A DNA stretch of 64,000 nt from a virus, in IMG/VR virus record IMGVR_UViG_3300045988_052780. One strand, given 5' to 3'. The notes beneath the pieces were generated by a model that worked only from the letters and a program-made list of their open reading frames with translations, was not told where the DNA came from and did not search any database. Shown one piece after another: positions 55,951-64,000 of this stretch; within the stretch, counting starts at the first letter, position 1; the number at the start of each line of letters is the position of its first letter. The position numbers and the translations under genes are program-made.

Positions 55951-56876
55951 AAATAATAAGATTACGTGTGTCTCTATTTTATTACATCAGCTGTTGAGTT
56001 CAGCATGTAGACAGTTTTATTAGTCTTATCCTGGAACCAGGTAATTAGGCTGTAATAGCCAAACCAGTACGCCAAAAGCTAATTTACAAACTACCAAACT
56101 TAAAGGTTCAGAAGCTGACGCTTCCAAACCTGGACTGACCGAAGTCGTCCCTCCACCACTCCATTTACGTTGGAGAACGTCTATTTGTAGCCCATAGATA
56201 GGCAGTGGAGATTTCAGCTCTACTAGCCTTTGGCTTTCAAGTTAATGCATCTAAGCTTCACTGTAACCTGTAGGTACTATGATTCTTCCCCGAAGGTCTC
56301 GTTATAACACTTAGATACAAACCTCTTCTGTTTCTAGGTCTCCCCATTAACCCGACTTAATCAATATGATATCGATAAGCCACAGCTTACGCTGCCATTC
56401 TTACTTCAGTGTTGTCACTTGAAATTTGTGTATCATTTTATAAGAGTTGGTACGAACTCTACACGTCTTACTACCCAGTTATCATGAATCAATTCCATGT
56501 ATGGCCCATAGTAGCATGATTATACTCTCATGCCAGGAGTGGGAAACAACCCAAAGCTTTCAGTATCCTCCTGTGCTACTGGCGTACCCATTTCAGACTT
56601 AAAAGCTTATCAATGAATGAAAAAATGAATAGCACGCAGAATGTTAACGGAAGAACTCTTTAAGCAACTCACATTGCTCATTCATGAACTTCCGTCTAAC
56701 ACTAGCACTATTAAAAGAAATAAAATGATAATCGAATCGAGATGTTATTGGAATTATATTGTTACCACATCTAGTGACGCAGTATTTATAAGTTCCATCC
56801 TCCCAGTCAGGTTTCCAACCTTCGTTGTACATATCAAGAGCAGTCATTACTGCATTGAATATTTCGGCATGTGACA

Positions 56877-57218
56877 TCAAAACGGGTATTGTACGTTAGA
56901 TTGTTTACGCATCCAGCTATATACTATAATCTCTGGTTGTATATCCTTAATAAGTTCAATGCAGGATTCATAAGACATCGAAGTGGTTATTACAGAAGGA
57001 TACTTAGAAGTATATACCCACTCCTCAATAACTTGTTTCATGTCTATATGCTCATCATAAGGCCATTTAAGCTCTGCTTCAATATTGTCTCTAATACGTT
57101 CTAGAGACACATAGAGCCTAATACCATACACATTAGTAATAAGGAACTTAAGCAGCTCCTTGTTAAATTTGTCTACATCACATATAAGGATGTGAGAACC
57201 TTCTATAACTTTATGCAT
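56877..57218 (-). CDS. hypothetical protein
   Basis: 113-aa ORF. Confidence 0.4.
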   Translation of the reverse strand: MHKVIEGSHILICDVDKFNKELLKFLITNVYGIRLYVSLERIRDNIEAELKWPYDEHIDMKQVIEEWVYTSKYPSVITTSMSYESCIELIKDIQPEIIVYSWMRKQSNVQYPF

Positions 57219-57294
57219 AGTTAATAAATAAGAGAGGCAGAGTGTTTCACAACATGTCTGCCTTAGATTTGTAACATATTATTCAGTCATTAGA

Positions 57295-57900
57295 TTAGAG
57301 TCCATGTTTAGCCTTGAATAAAGTATCAAATACTTCCCTTAGTTCGGATACCGCTTCTGGAGCTTCAATACCGAGTTCTTTCATCTTATTCTTAATGACG
57401 TCCTCACGGAAGTTCTTGGTCTCATCCATTGCCTTCTCCAAAGCTTTGTCAAATGTATCCGGATCCAATTTCTTTAAGAGTTTAAGTATATCAATGCCTG
57501 ATTTCTCAGTAATATCATTCATTCCAAAGTGTTCCTTATAGGCATCTATACTTGCATCCAGTCTGTCAAATGCCTTTACTAACATGGCAGCGTCTTCTTC
57601 AGTAATATCAAAACCGCCATTCTTGTCAGTAAGTTCAGGGCTTTGGATACAAGGAGGCTCACTCATTTCCAGACAGAATACAGGCTCGTTATCCTCTCTA
57701 AGGATATATACCGTATGTTTGGTATCTTTTGTGATACCTTCTCCTACTCCCCATGAAATACCTTCCTTGAATGATTCTACTTCATCAAGAGCTCTAGCCA
57801 TATGAGATTTAATTTCTCCTATAACTTCCTCATAGTTGCGTTTAGGAGTTTCATCCACTTGAGGTCTTTCTGACGCTAAAATTTCTTCTAATGTTCTCAT
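57295..57900 (-). CDS. hypothetical acidic protein
   Basis: 201-aa ORF. Confidence 0.45.
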   Translation of the reverse strand: MRTLEEILASERPQVDETPKRNYEEVIGEIKSHMARALDEVESFKEGISWGVGEGITKDTKHTVYILREDNEPVFCLEMSEPPCIQSPELTDKNGGFDITEEDAAMLVKAFDRLDASIDAYKEHFGMNDITEKSGIDILKLLKKLDPDTFDKALEKAMDETKNFREDVIKNKMKELGIEAPEAVSELREVFDTLFKAKHGL

Positions 57901-58390
57901 TTCTTGTTAAATTTATTAATTGATTTACTATCTGGCATATACCAGATACCTACGGCTGTCACAATCATAATGGTTGCTGTGATTAATGTAAAATCATCAG
58001 AAGCCATACATAACATAAATATAACACCTAATGCTAGTATTATATCTATAATAATATTATCCACCTTCATAATTATTAGTATTGATTAAGAGTGACACTC
58101 CACCGCCTGCCCTCGGTGAAGTGTTTCGTCGCAATTTCCAGCGACTCATCAGACTCTCTTTAGATGGAAAGAATGCTGATCAGATAGTTGTAATTAGAGA
58201 TATCTTGTCACAGGCTATCTCTACAGCTATCATAGGTTTATGATGTACCTTGTGAGTAACATCAATTAAAGCATTCTCTACGTGTTTTAACTGGTCTCTA
58301 TTACTACCAAGACCTAATAGAACTGCATCATCCTTGAATGAAATGGATTGGTGATTTACATTAACCACCTGTCCATCATTAAATTGTATT

Positions 58391-58732
58391 CTAGATAACA
58401 TCGCCAATCAGTTTAAACAGTCCTTTCCAGAAATATCTAGGAAAGTCACCAGTAAATTTTACATACGTAGCCTTATCATCAGACTTATAGCAGATTCTGA
58501 CTCTATGGTGATCAATGAATGCGTAGTGAGCAGAACCGTCAGCTAATTCAAACATAGCTTTGCCGAATTGGGCCATATTGACAGGTCTCCACTCACTGCT
58601 GGTCTCCCTATTATAAGAATTGAGAACTGCGTCAGCTGTAGCATCAGTAGGAATACCAGTTCGCATATCAATGATAACACCGTTATGTTTAGCTACTATG
58701 TAATTACCTTTAAAGTTAAAGTATAATTTCAT
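58391..58732 (-). CDS. hypothetical protein
   Basis: 113-aa ORF. Confidence 0.4.
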   Translation of the reverse strand: MKLYFNFKGNYIVAKHNGVIIDMRTGIPTDATADAVLNSYNRETSSEWRPVNMAQFGKAMFELADGSAHYAFIDHHRVRICYKSDDKATYVKFTGDFPRYFWKGLFKLIGDVI

Positions 58733-58736
58733 ATTT

Positions 58737-59390
58737 TTATTTGGTTACATGAACATCACATGAAGGATATCCGTGAGATTCTAAGACTTCAATAATATCA
58801 CCAGATGTAAGTTCCTCATCATACAGATTTGGAACATATTCAAACAGTCTAGCATGTATATCATCCTCGTCTCTGATGTTGTCTATAATAGCCTCACGAA
58901 TGTTCTTAGTAAGTATTTCCTTAAATTCTTGCATCAGTTGCCCTTTAGTACCGTAACGAGTAGTACCTATAAAAGTGTTGCAAGTATAAGAGAATACATT
59001 AAAATTATCAATAAGTTCTCTGAGAGCGTGACGCATCTTATTTGTTGCCTTAGTCCTTAATGAGGCTACTAATTCAGATTCCTCTGGAGACAAGTCAACC
59101 TCGATACGTCTATTACCTACATAAGCTTTAGTGTAATCCAAACTGAACTCCACTATAAGCCTTCTGCCATTCCTTGCAACTCCTACTAAGCTGAGACAGT
59201 CGGTTATTCTATTACAGCCAATTTCAACCTTATCAAAATGAGCGTTCTCTGGCACCTTTGCATCTGTAAGGTTCATAACAGCTAACTCTACCATTTCCTC
59301 CAATATCTTTCTGGCTGCACCAAATTCAGAAGATTTCTCAGCTTGTTCATTCTGCTGCAATAAAGCTTTGTATTTATCTACATCTATCAT
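58737..59390 (-). CDS. hypothetical protein
   Basis: 217-aa ORF. Confidence 0.45.
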   Translation of the reverse strand: MIDVDKYKALLQQNEQAEKSSEFGAARKILEEMVELAVMNLTDAKVPENAHFDKVEIGCNRITDCLSLVGVARNGRRLIVEFSLDYTKAYVGNRRIEVDLSPEESELVASLRTKATNKMRHALRELIDNFNVFSYTCNTFIGTTRYGTKGQLMQEFKEILTKNIREAIIDNIRDEDDIHARLFEYVPNLYDEELTSGDIIEVLESHGYPSCDVHVTK

Positions 59391-59397
59391 AATTATT

Positions 59398-60246
59398 TTA
59401 CTTATATGTTATAGTATACGAAGTAACAGACATGTTACAAGTATTTAATTTGTCCACCTGAGTTCCAGTTCTTTTAATATAAACCTTATATGGACCAGTT
59501 AGTAATATTTGACCTAAACACTTGGCTTTGAATGTATCTAATGGCATTGACTTATTATCAAACCATACAGTAGCATCCTTCATAAGTGAACCAGTCTCTA
59601 GGGACATGAGTTTATTCATATAATAATCCTCTTTAGCCTTCTTTATTTCCCATAGGTCTTCATTGGGATCAGTAATAAAGGTATTTAGATTACCGATTTC
59701 AGAGATTGGTATTTCTTTGACTACTACAATTCTTCTAGGGCTGTTAGGATTAACTACTTCGAAGCGGATAGTACTGCCAAACGCCGTGGATAAGTCTACT
59801 AATGCCTTCTTAGTAAAGCCACTAAGTCCAGCTACTCTAAAGAGTTGATACCGTAAGTCGAGGACATCTGTCTTCCATATGCCAGGTTTGTAGTCCTTAC
59901 TAGCTGCTACTTCAATCATACCTAGCCACAGTAATCCTTTAGCTGCGAGGATTGCATTAGCTTGGGTTACATTAATAACAGCATAAAGCTTGTCATTAAT
60001 AAATAATGCTCTCTGATTAGGTTGTAAGGGCTTTGAAGATCTCACTTCTATGCCATAATTATACTTTAAGAACAACTTACTTGCTATCCAAGAATCCATT
60101 CTTGTTCTATCAGCTATTTCACAAAGAGCCTCTTTATATGCATCACAAAGGTCTTGCCATAAATCTTTGCGTTTTAATACAGTCTTAAGACATTCTAAGT
60201 TCTCATTGAAACTATTCATAAATAAATTGGCAGTTAACCTACTCAC
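59398..60246 (-). CDS. hypothetical protein
   Basis: 282-aa ORF. Confidence 0.45.
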   Translation of the reverse strand: MSRLTANLFMNSFNENLECLKTVLKRKDLWQDLCDAYKEALCEIADRTRMDSWIASKLFLKYNYGIEVRSSKPLQPNQRALFINDKLYAVINVTQANAILAAKGLLWLGMIEVAASKDYKPGIWKTDVLDLRYQLFRVAGLSGFTKKALVDLSTAFGSTIRFEVVNPNSPRRIVVVKEIPISEIGNLNTFITDPNEDLWEIKKAKEDYYMNKLMSLETGSLMKDATVWFDNKSMPLDTFKAKCLGQILLTGPYKVYIKRTGTQVDKLNTCNMSVTSYTITYK

Positions 60247-60263
60247 TGCCAGGTTTTAAATAT

Positions 60264-60752
60264 TTATTCTTCTTCGTCCAAATCAGACATGTCATACTCT
60301 TCCCAGTTCTGCTGTTCTAAGAACGGCATTGACATATCCATTCCAAATGATGTGTTAATTCCACCGAAAGAAGCAGGCATTCCACTAATACGCTCTTCAA
60401 AGAACCAGAACGTATCATCCACTTTAGCGGCATACATATATTTGCCAGTTTCATCATAATCATGAAATGACTTCTCTACGTGCTTTGGATAATAAACTTT
60501 GATAGTGGGCTTAGTGTGCATTGCTTGTGCAACTGAAGATGATGGATATTGCAGTATAACTGCAACCTTACCATTTACTCTAGTAAGGTCTACAATCATG
60601 CTTTTGAAGGGAGCAGTGTTAACTACAATACTATAGTTTGACTCTCCAACTTCATGCTTATCTGGGTCGAAATCCGTCTCAATGGAATAGAACCATTCCA
60701 TAACCTTCATTGCATAATTCTTGTGTTCGATGTTATATTTTTGCTTAGACAT
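60264..60752 (-). CDS. hypothetical protein
   Basis: 162-aa ORF preceded by the conserved promoter-like motif. Confidence 0.45.
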   Translation of the reverse strand: MSKQKYNIEHKNYAMKVMEWFYSIETDFDPDKHEVGESNYSIVVNTAPFKSMIVDLTRVNGKVAVILQYPSSSVAQAMHTKPTIKVYYPKHVEKSFHDYDETGKYMYAAKVDDTFWFFEERISGMPASFGGINTSFGMDMSMPFLEQQNWEEYDMSDLDEEE

Positions 60753-60767
60753 ACTTTATTTAATGAG

Positions 60768-60794
60768 TTTACCTATACACTCACGAGGTTTTAG
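60768..60794 (-). promoter_or_regulatory. conserved promoter-like motif, copy 1 (minus strand TAAAACCTCGTGAGTGTATAGGTAAA), 16 nt upstream of the start codon at 60752
   Basis: The same ~27-nt motif recurs at 62414..62439 and 62748..62774, each 14-16 nt upstream of a minus-strand ATG. Confidence 0.45.
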
Positions 60795-60817
60795 TGAAAT
60801 ATTTAATAATAGCTACC

Positions 60818-61225
60818 TCAGCCGTTAATTTTGATTAACATGTCATTGTCAGAAAGGATATCAAGTTGCACTTGTTCCTCAGCCGTCATGATAGATTCTG
60901 ATTCCTTTGAGCTCCATGGTTCCAGATGACAAATCCAAGTAACCTTACCACTGTTGGAGATTGGTTGCTTGTAAAGCGATATCAAAGAATCAGGATGTTT
61001 CTTTGCATACGTCCTGCCAAATTTAATAGCATTGTAAGACTGAAGAGTAATTTTAAGTGGTGTTAATTTACCATTTACTAATTCAGTTACTAAGAAGAAA
61101 TACTGTTTCATAATCTTGTACAACTTACCTATACGTTGTGAGGTTCTAATTGCTAATAATTGGTGACTAATTAGTTTCAGCTTGTTTAGCTTACTTATAG
61201 CATCGCCACGTAAAGGCTTAGTCAT
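60818..61225 (-). CDS. hypothetical protein
   Basis: 135-aa ORF. Confidence 0.4.
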   Translation of the reverse strand: MTKPLRGDAISKLNKLKLISHQLLAIRTSQRIGKLYKIMKQYFFLVTELVNGKLTPLKITLQSYNAIKFGRTYAKKHPDSLISLYKQPISNSGKVTWICHLEPWSSKESESIMTAEEQVQLDILSDNDMLIKING

Positions 61226-62236
61226 GATGCCGCTCCCATCACGGGAGAATGAATAATTTTAACTTACTGTATTTATTAATTTAAATTCAAACAATTTCAT
61301 CTTCCTGTGCCACTATACTTTGAGTTGTTCCCTACAGAACTTTATCCACTTCTTATCCTTTCTATAATTATATGCATGAGTGTCCTTCTCTCCAAGAGTA
61401 ACTATCTTAATCTCTAAAATAGTTACTTCCTCTTTATCAATATGAATTATCATTTTGTGGGATTGTAGATGAAACTTTCCTGTTCTTCAAATGTGATTTT
61501 AATGTGTTGCACACGCCAGTTTGCTGTTGAATGCATTACATCTTGTTGATATTTCACATGAGAGATTGCCTCTTCTCTAGTGTTATAACAACGCACAAAT
61601 CTTTCATCTGTAGATACCCACCAACCCGATTGAATATTTAATGGATTCATAATCTTTACACTTACCTAATCAGTGTGAGGTTGAAAGTTAGTAAAATGCC
61701 TGTCTTTCCAGGCTGTCACACAAACTCTACGCACAACTCATGTTTGTGAAACACAAGCTATGGAACGTTCCTTTAGCCGATTACCCACACACCCCTACGT
61801 ACAATGGTGGAACGCAGCTTTCGCTACGATTAACAACTCTAGCTTTCTTCCCCTTCTTGGTTCTCCGTCATTACGGTTTGTATTATTGAAAGCGTGGAGG
61901 AATGGTCCCCACATTACTACTTAAAGCAATGTGGTTTTACCATTATTTACTCGCAAATACATTTTCTTTGTGAGTCTATCATAGCTCTTGTACGCATTAC
62001 TCGGCAGAGGAGCCTTACCGAAACCTACAATGTAGGACGCTGTTTAAAACTTAAAAATTAATATAATTAAAACAATCATGTGGACTCCTGCTTTAACGCA
62101 TGAAGCAGGAACGTTTAACTTTTGGCACTACATACATTATGTCCGTTTTGTGATGTAGGGATTCTAAGTATTTGCAACTACTCAGAAGAGCTAAACCAGG
62201 TTGCCTATCCTTTACAGCGATAGGCGTTCTGTTTAT

Positions 62237-62398
62237 TTATAACTGCATCCAACAATTACCATGCCAAGCAAATTCTGCATCACCGATTCTCATTCTCCAC
62301 TCAGAACCATCATCAGTATAGAATTCATATTGTCTTCTGAAAGCTTCTTCACTTGAAATTGTTGTTGTATGTCCGTCTGACCAAATTATCTTATCCAT
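62237..62398 (-). CDS. small hypothetical protein (53 aa, MDKIIWSDGHTTTISSEEAFRRQYEFYTDDGSEWRMRIGDAEFAWHGNCWMQL), not in the ORF track
   Basis: Open frame on the minus strand directly downstream of promoter-like motif copy 2. Confidence 0.35.
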   Translation of the reverse strand: MDKIIWSDGHTTTISSEEAFRRQYEFYTDDGSEWRMRIGDAEFAWHGNCWMQL

Positions 62399-62413
62399 AA
62401 TTGTATATGTAAT

Positions 62414-62439
62414 TGACCTTTACATTACGAGGTTTTAAA
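62414..62439 (-). promoter_or_regulatory. conserved promoter-like motif, copy 2 (minus strand TTAAAACCTCGTAATGTAAAGGTCAA)
   Basis: See 60768..60794. Confidence 0.4.
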
Positions 62440-62519
62440 TTATTAATCAGACTCCTGCATATAGCAGAAGTTTCGTCCAGTCTCATCAGTGATTATTTTA
62501 TAGACTCCTGGTTGTCTTA

Positions 62520-62735
62520 TTAACGCTTCTTCTTTAATTCTTGGAAACGCTTGCGAGCTTGTTCACCTTTAGAGAATTTCTGACATGTTGTGATTGTCAT
62601 ATTACCTGTAGATTCTTCTACATAGATAGTCCAATCAAATGCATGTGTGCCCATTAATGTAATGGTTCTTCCCCACTTATCTGTGATTTGTGCTCTTACT
62701 GAAGATGTGCAATTCTGTTTGTTGAAACGTTTCAT
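62520..62735 (-). CDS. small hypothetical protein
   Basis: 71-aa ORF preceded by motif copy 3. Confidence 0.4.
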   Translation of the reverse strand: MKRFNKQNCTSSVRAQITDKWGRTITLMGTHAFDWTIYVEESTGNMTITTCQKFSKGEQARKRFQELKKKR

Positions 62736-62747
62736 AACTTTATACTA

Positions 62748-62774
62748 TTTACCTATACATAGCGAGGTTTTAAG
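62748..62774 (-). promoter_or_regulatory. conserved promoter-like motif, copy 3 (minus strand CTTAAAACCTCGCTATGTATAGGTAAA)
   Basis: See 60768..60794. Confidence 0.45.
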
Positions 62775-62785
62775 TTAATATCTTG

Positions 62786-62989
62786 TTATTTATTTGTCAT
62801 CTCAGTTGTAGGAACTAACATATACTTTATTAGCTTATAAATGCCATATCCTACTTTCTGAATGGTAAAGTATCCAGTAGCGTTGTCAATGATAACTGGA
62901 TTAAGATTATATCTTATTCCATTATGACTATATAGTTTATTGCTACGTACTATACCATACACAGTTTTTAATGTGAATTTATTGTTCAT
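62786..62989 (-). CDS. small hypothetical protein
   Basis: 67-aa ORF. Confidence 0.35.
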   Translation of the reverse strand: MNNKFTLKTVYGIVRSNKLYSHNGIRYNLNPVIIDNATGYFTIQKVGYGIYKLIKYMLVPTTEMTNK

Positions 62990-63095
62990 TTATGTAAATT
63001 TCTACATACTACTATTATGAAAGTAGAACATCAAAGCGTAATAAAAAGTAAGACACACAATACTGATATTGTATGTGTGCCTTACTTATAAAGCA

Positions 63096-63587
63096 TTATC
63101 TTTCGATAATTGCCGTTACGTTAACATTCATGGGTGCACCGTCACGAGTTACGGACTCAAACGTTTCGATACGCTTAACTTCCAACTCTTTTCCTTTGAG
63201 TTGTTGCAAACCATCGTCTACCGTTCCGCCCTCAAAGTGTTTAAACACGGCTTTTGCTTTGTCGGCTTCATCTAACAAATCAACGGGCGTTGTTCTTGCG
63301 CGTGTTTCTCTATCCACAAACACACGGTTTAAAGTAGATACAGCAAGGTTGCGGGCTTCACCGTTAACTGTAACAACAACTTGTAAGAATGGGTTACCGT
63401 TAACCATGTTTGCGGACAAAGAGCCATCTGCCAACGAAATGTTATCGGGCATTTTGATAATGTCACCGACTTTTAAAGCCTCTGGATTTACACCCATACG
63501 GTTAAGAAGTTGGTTTACTGTTTGGGCTTTGATACCCAAATTTGCAGCCGCTTTGCGATTGATTTCTTTAACTTTACTTTCGTTCAT
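63096..63587 (-). CDS. hypothetical protein in a locally GC-enriched segment
   Basis: 163-aa ORF. Local GC is about 45% against about 33% elsewhere. The overlapping plus-strand ORF 63073..63603 looks like an antisense artefact. Confidence 0.45.
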   Translation of the reverse strand: MNESKVKEINRKAAANLGIKAQTVNQLLNRMGVNPEALKVGDIIKMPDNISLADGSLSANMVNGNPFLQVVVTVNGEARNLAVSTLNRVFVDRETRARTTPVDLLDEADKAKAVFKHFEGGTVDDGLQQLKGKELEVKRIETFESVTRDGAPMNVNVTAIIER

Positions 63588-63947
63588 AGTTGTAATAATT
63601 TAGTGAAACAAATAATAAATGAAGCGAAACAACAAAGATATAATCTTTTGTTTTCCTCCAAAGATAGGTGAGGGGTGTTAGGGGTAACACGACTGTCGTA
63701 TTCGAGATATATACCAAACTGTCGTGTTAGCAATATATAATATGATAACCCACCCCGGGGAGTGGGAGGGGTATAAATATAGCACCCCGTACTACAGAGT
63801 GCGACATATACAAGATTTGCAATTTATGTACTAATAATTTACTATCTTTTATCTTGCACTTAGCTCAGTCCTAAGCGAATGCCGATTTCGGCAGCCGCGC
63901 CTATTATATGTACTTATGTGATGGTATTATAGTAATTATATATAGAT

Positions 63948-64000
63948 TGCCAAATTTCAAGTTGGAATATATAATTATATTAAATTGCCAAATTTCAAGT
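63948..64000. repeat. direct repeat attgccaaatttcaagt (63948..63964 and 63984..64000) at the window end
   Basis: Two exact 17-nt copies 19 nt apart in an AT-rich ORF-free region. Confidence 0.6.

Noticed and set aside
63073-63603. Plus-strand 176-aa ORF
   Set aside because: It is the antisense frame of the better-looking minus-strand ORF 63096..63587 and has a Ser/Thr/Leu-rich composition typical of antisense artefacts.
1-64000. CRISPR arrays, rRNA genes, integrase/attachment sites, transposases
   Set aside because: I saw no regularly spaced direct repeats, no rRNA-like conserved blocks, and no tyrosine or serine recombinase or transposase motifs. The tRNA 3'-end duplications I found flank homing endonucleases rather than integrases.

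Overview
This 64-kb window looks like part of a lytic dsDNA phage genome from an AT-rich host (about 33-35% GC). I saw no integrase, rRNA or CRISPR array. Nearly every credible gene is on the minus strand. The plus-strand ORFs in the track are mostly low-complexity antisense artefacts. Positions 1-28 kb hold a DNA replication and nucleotide-metabolism module. It contains an anaerobic ribonucleotide reductase (NrdD) split by an HNH endonuclease gene, a metallophosphoesterase, an NT5C-like deoxynucleotidase, an Hjc-like resolvase, a DnaG-type primase, a DnaB-type helicase, an SF2 helicase, RNase H and a ferritin-like protein. Positions 22.6-52.2 kb are an accessory region with about 27 tRNA genes (all minus strand) and six homing-endonuclease genes. 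The endonucleases are two HNH, two YraN/I-Ssp6803I-like PD-(D/E)XK and one GIY-YIG in the tRNA region, plus the HNH in nrdD. Four tRNA genes (Met-CAT, Arg-TCT or UGA-reading TCA, Asn-GTT, Pro-TGG) are precisely split in the anticodon loop by endonuclease-bearing insertions, which makes them candidate intron-containing tRNAs. There is a tRNA with a CUA anticodon that could be an amber suppressor. Two tRNA-like elements and one tRNA 3'-half-like element do not fold into cloverleaves. One of them sits just downstream of a large vWA-domain protein that I can only tentatively call Ro60/TROVE-like, which suggests a Y-RNA-like module. Other cargo includes a flotillin (SPFH) plus NfeD operon, an adenylosuccinate synthetase (PurA)-like gene between an AAA+ ATPase and a vWA protein, a PTH2-like peptidyl-tRNA hydrolase and a ParB-like nuclease-domain protein. 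I also saw a promoter-like motif repeated three times upstream of small genes and ORF-free structured regions. All tRNA folds, domain calls and splice hypotheses come from manual reading of the sequence and need computational or experimental confirmation.
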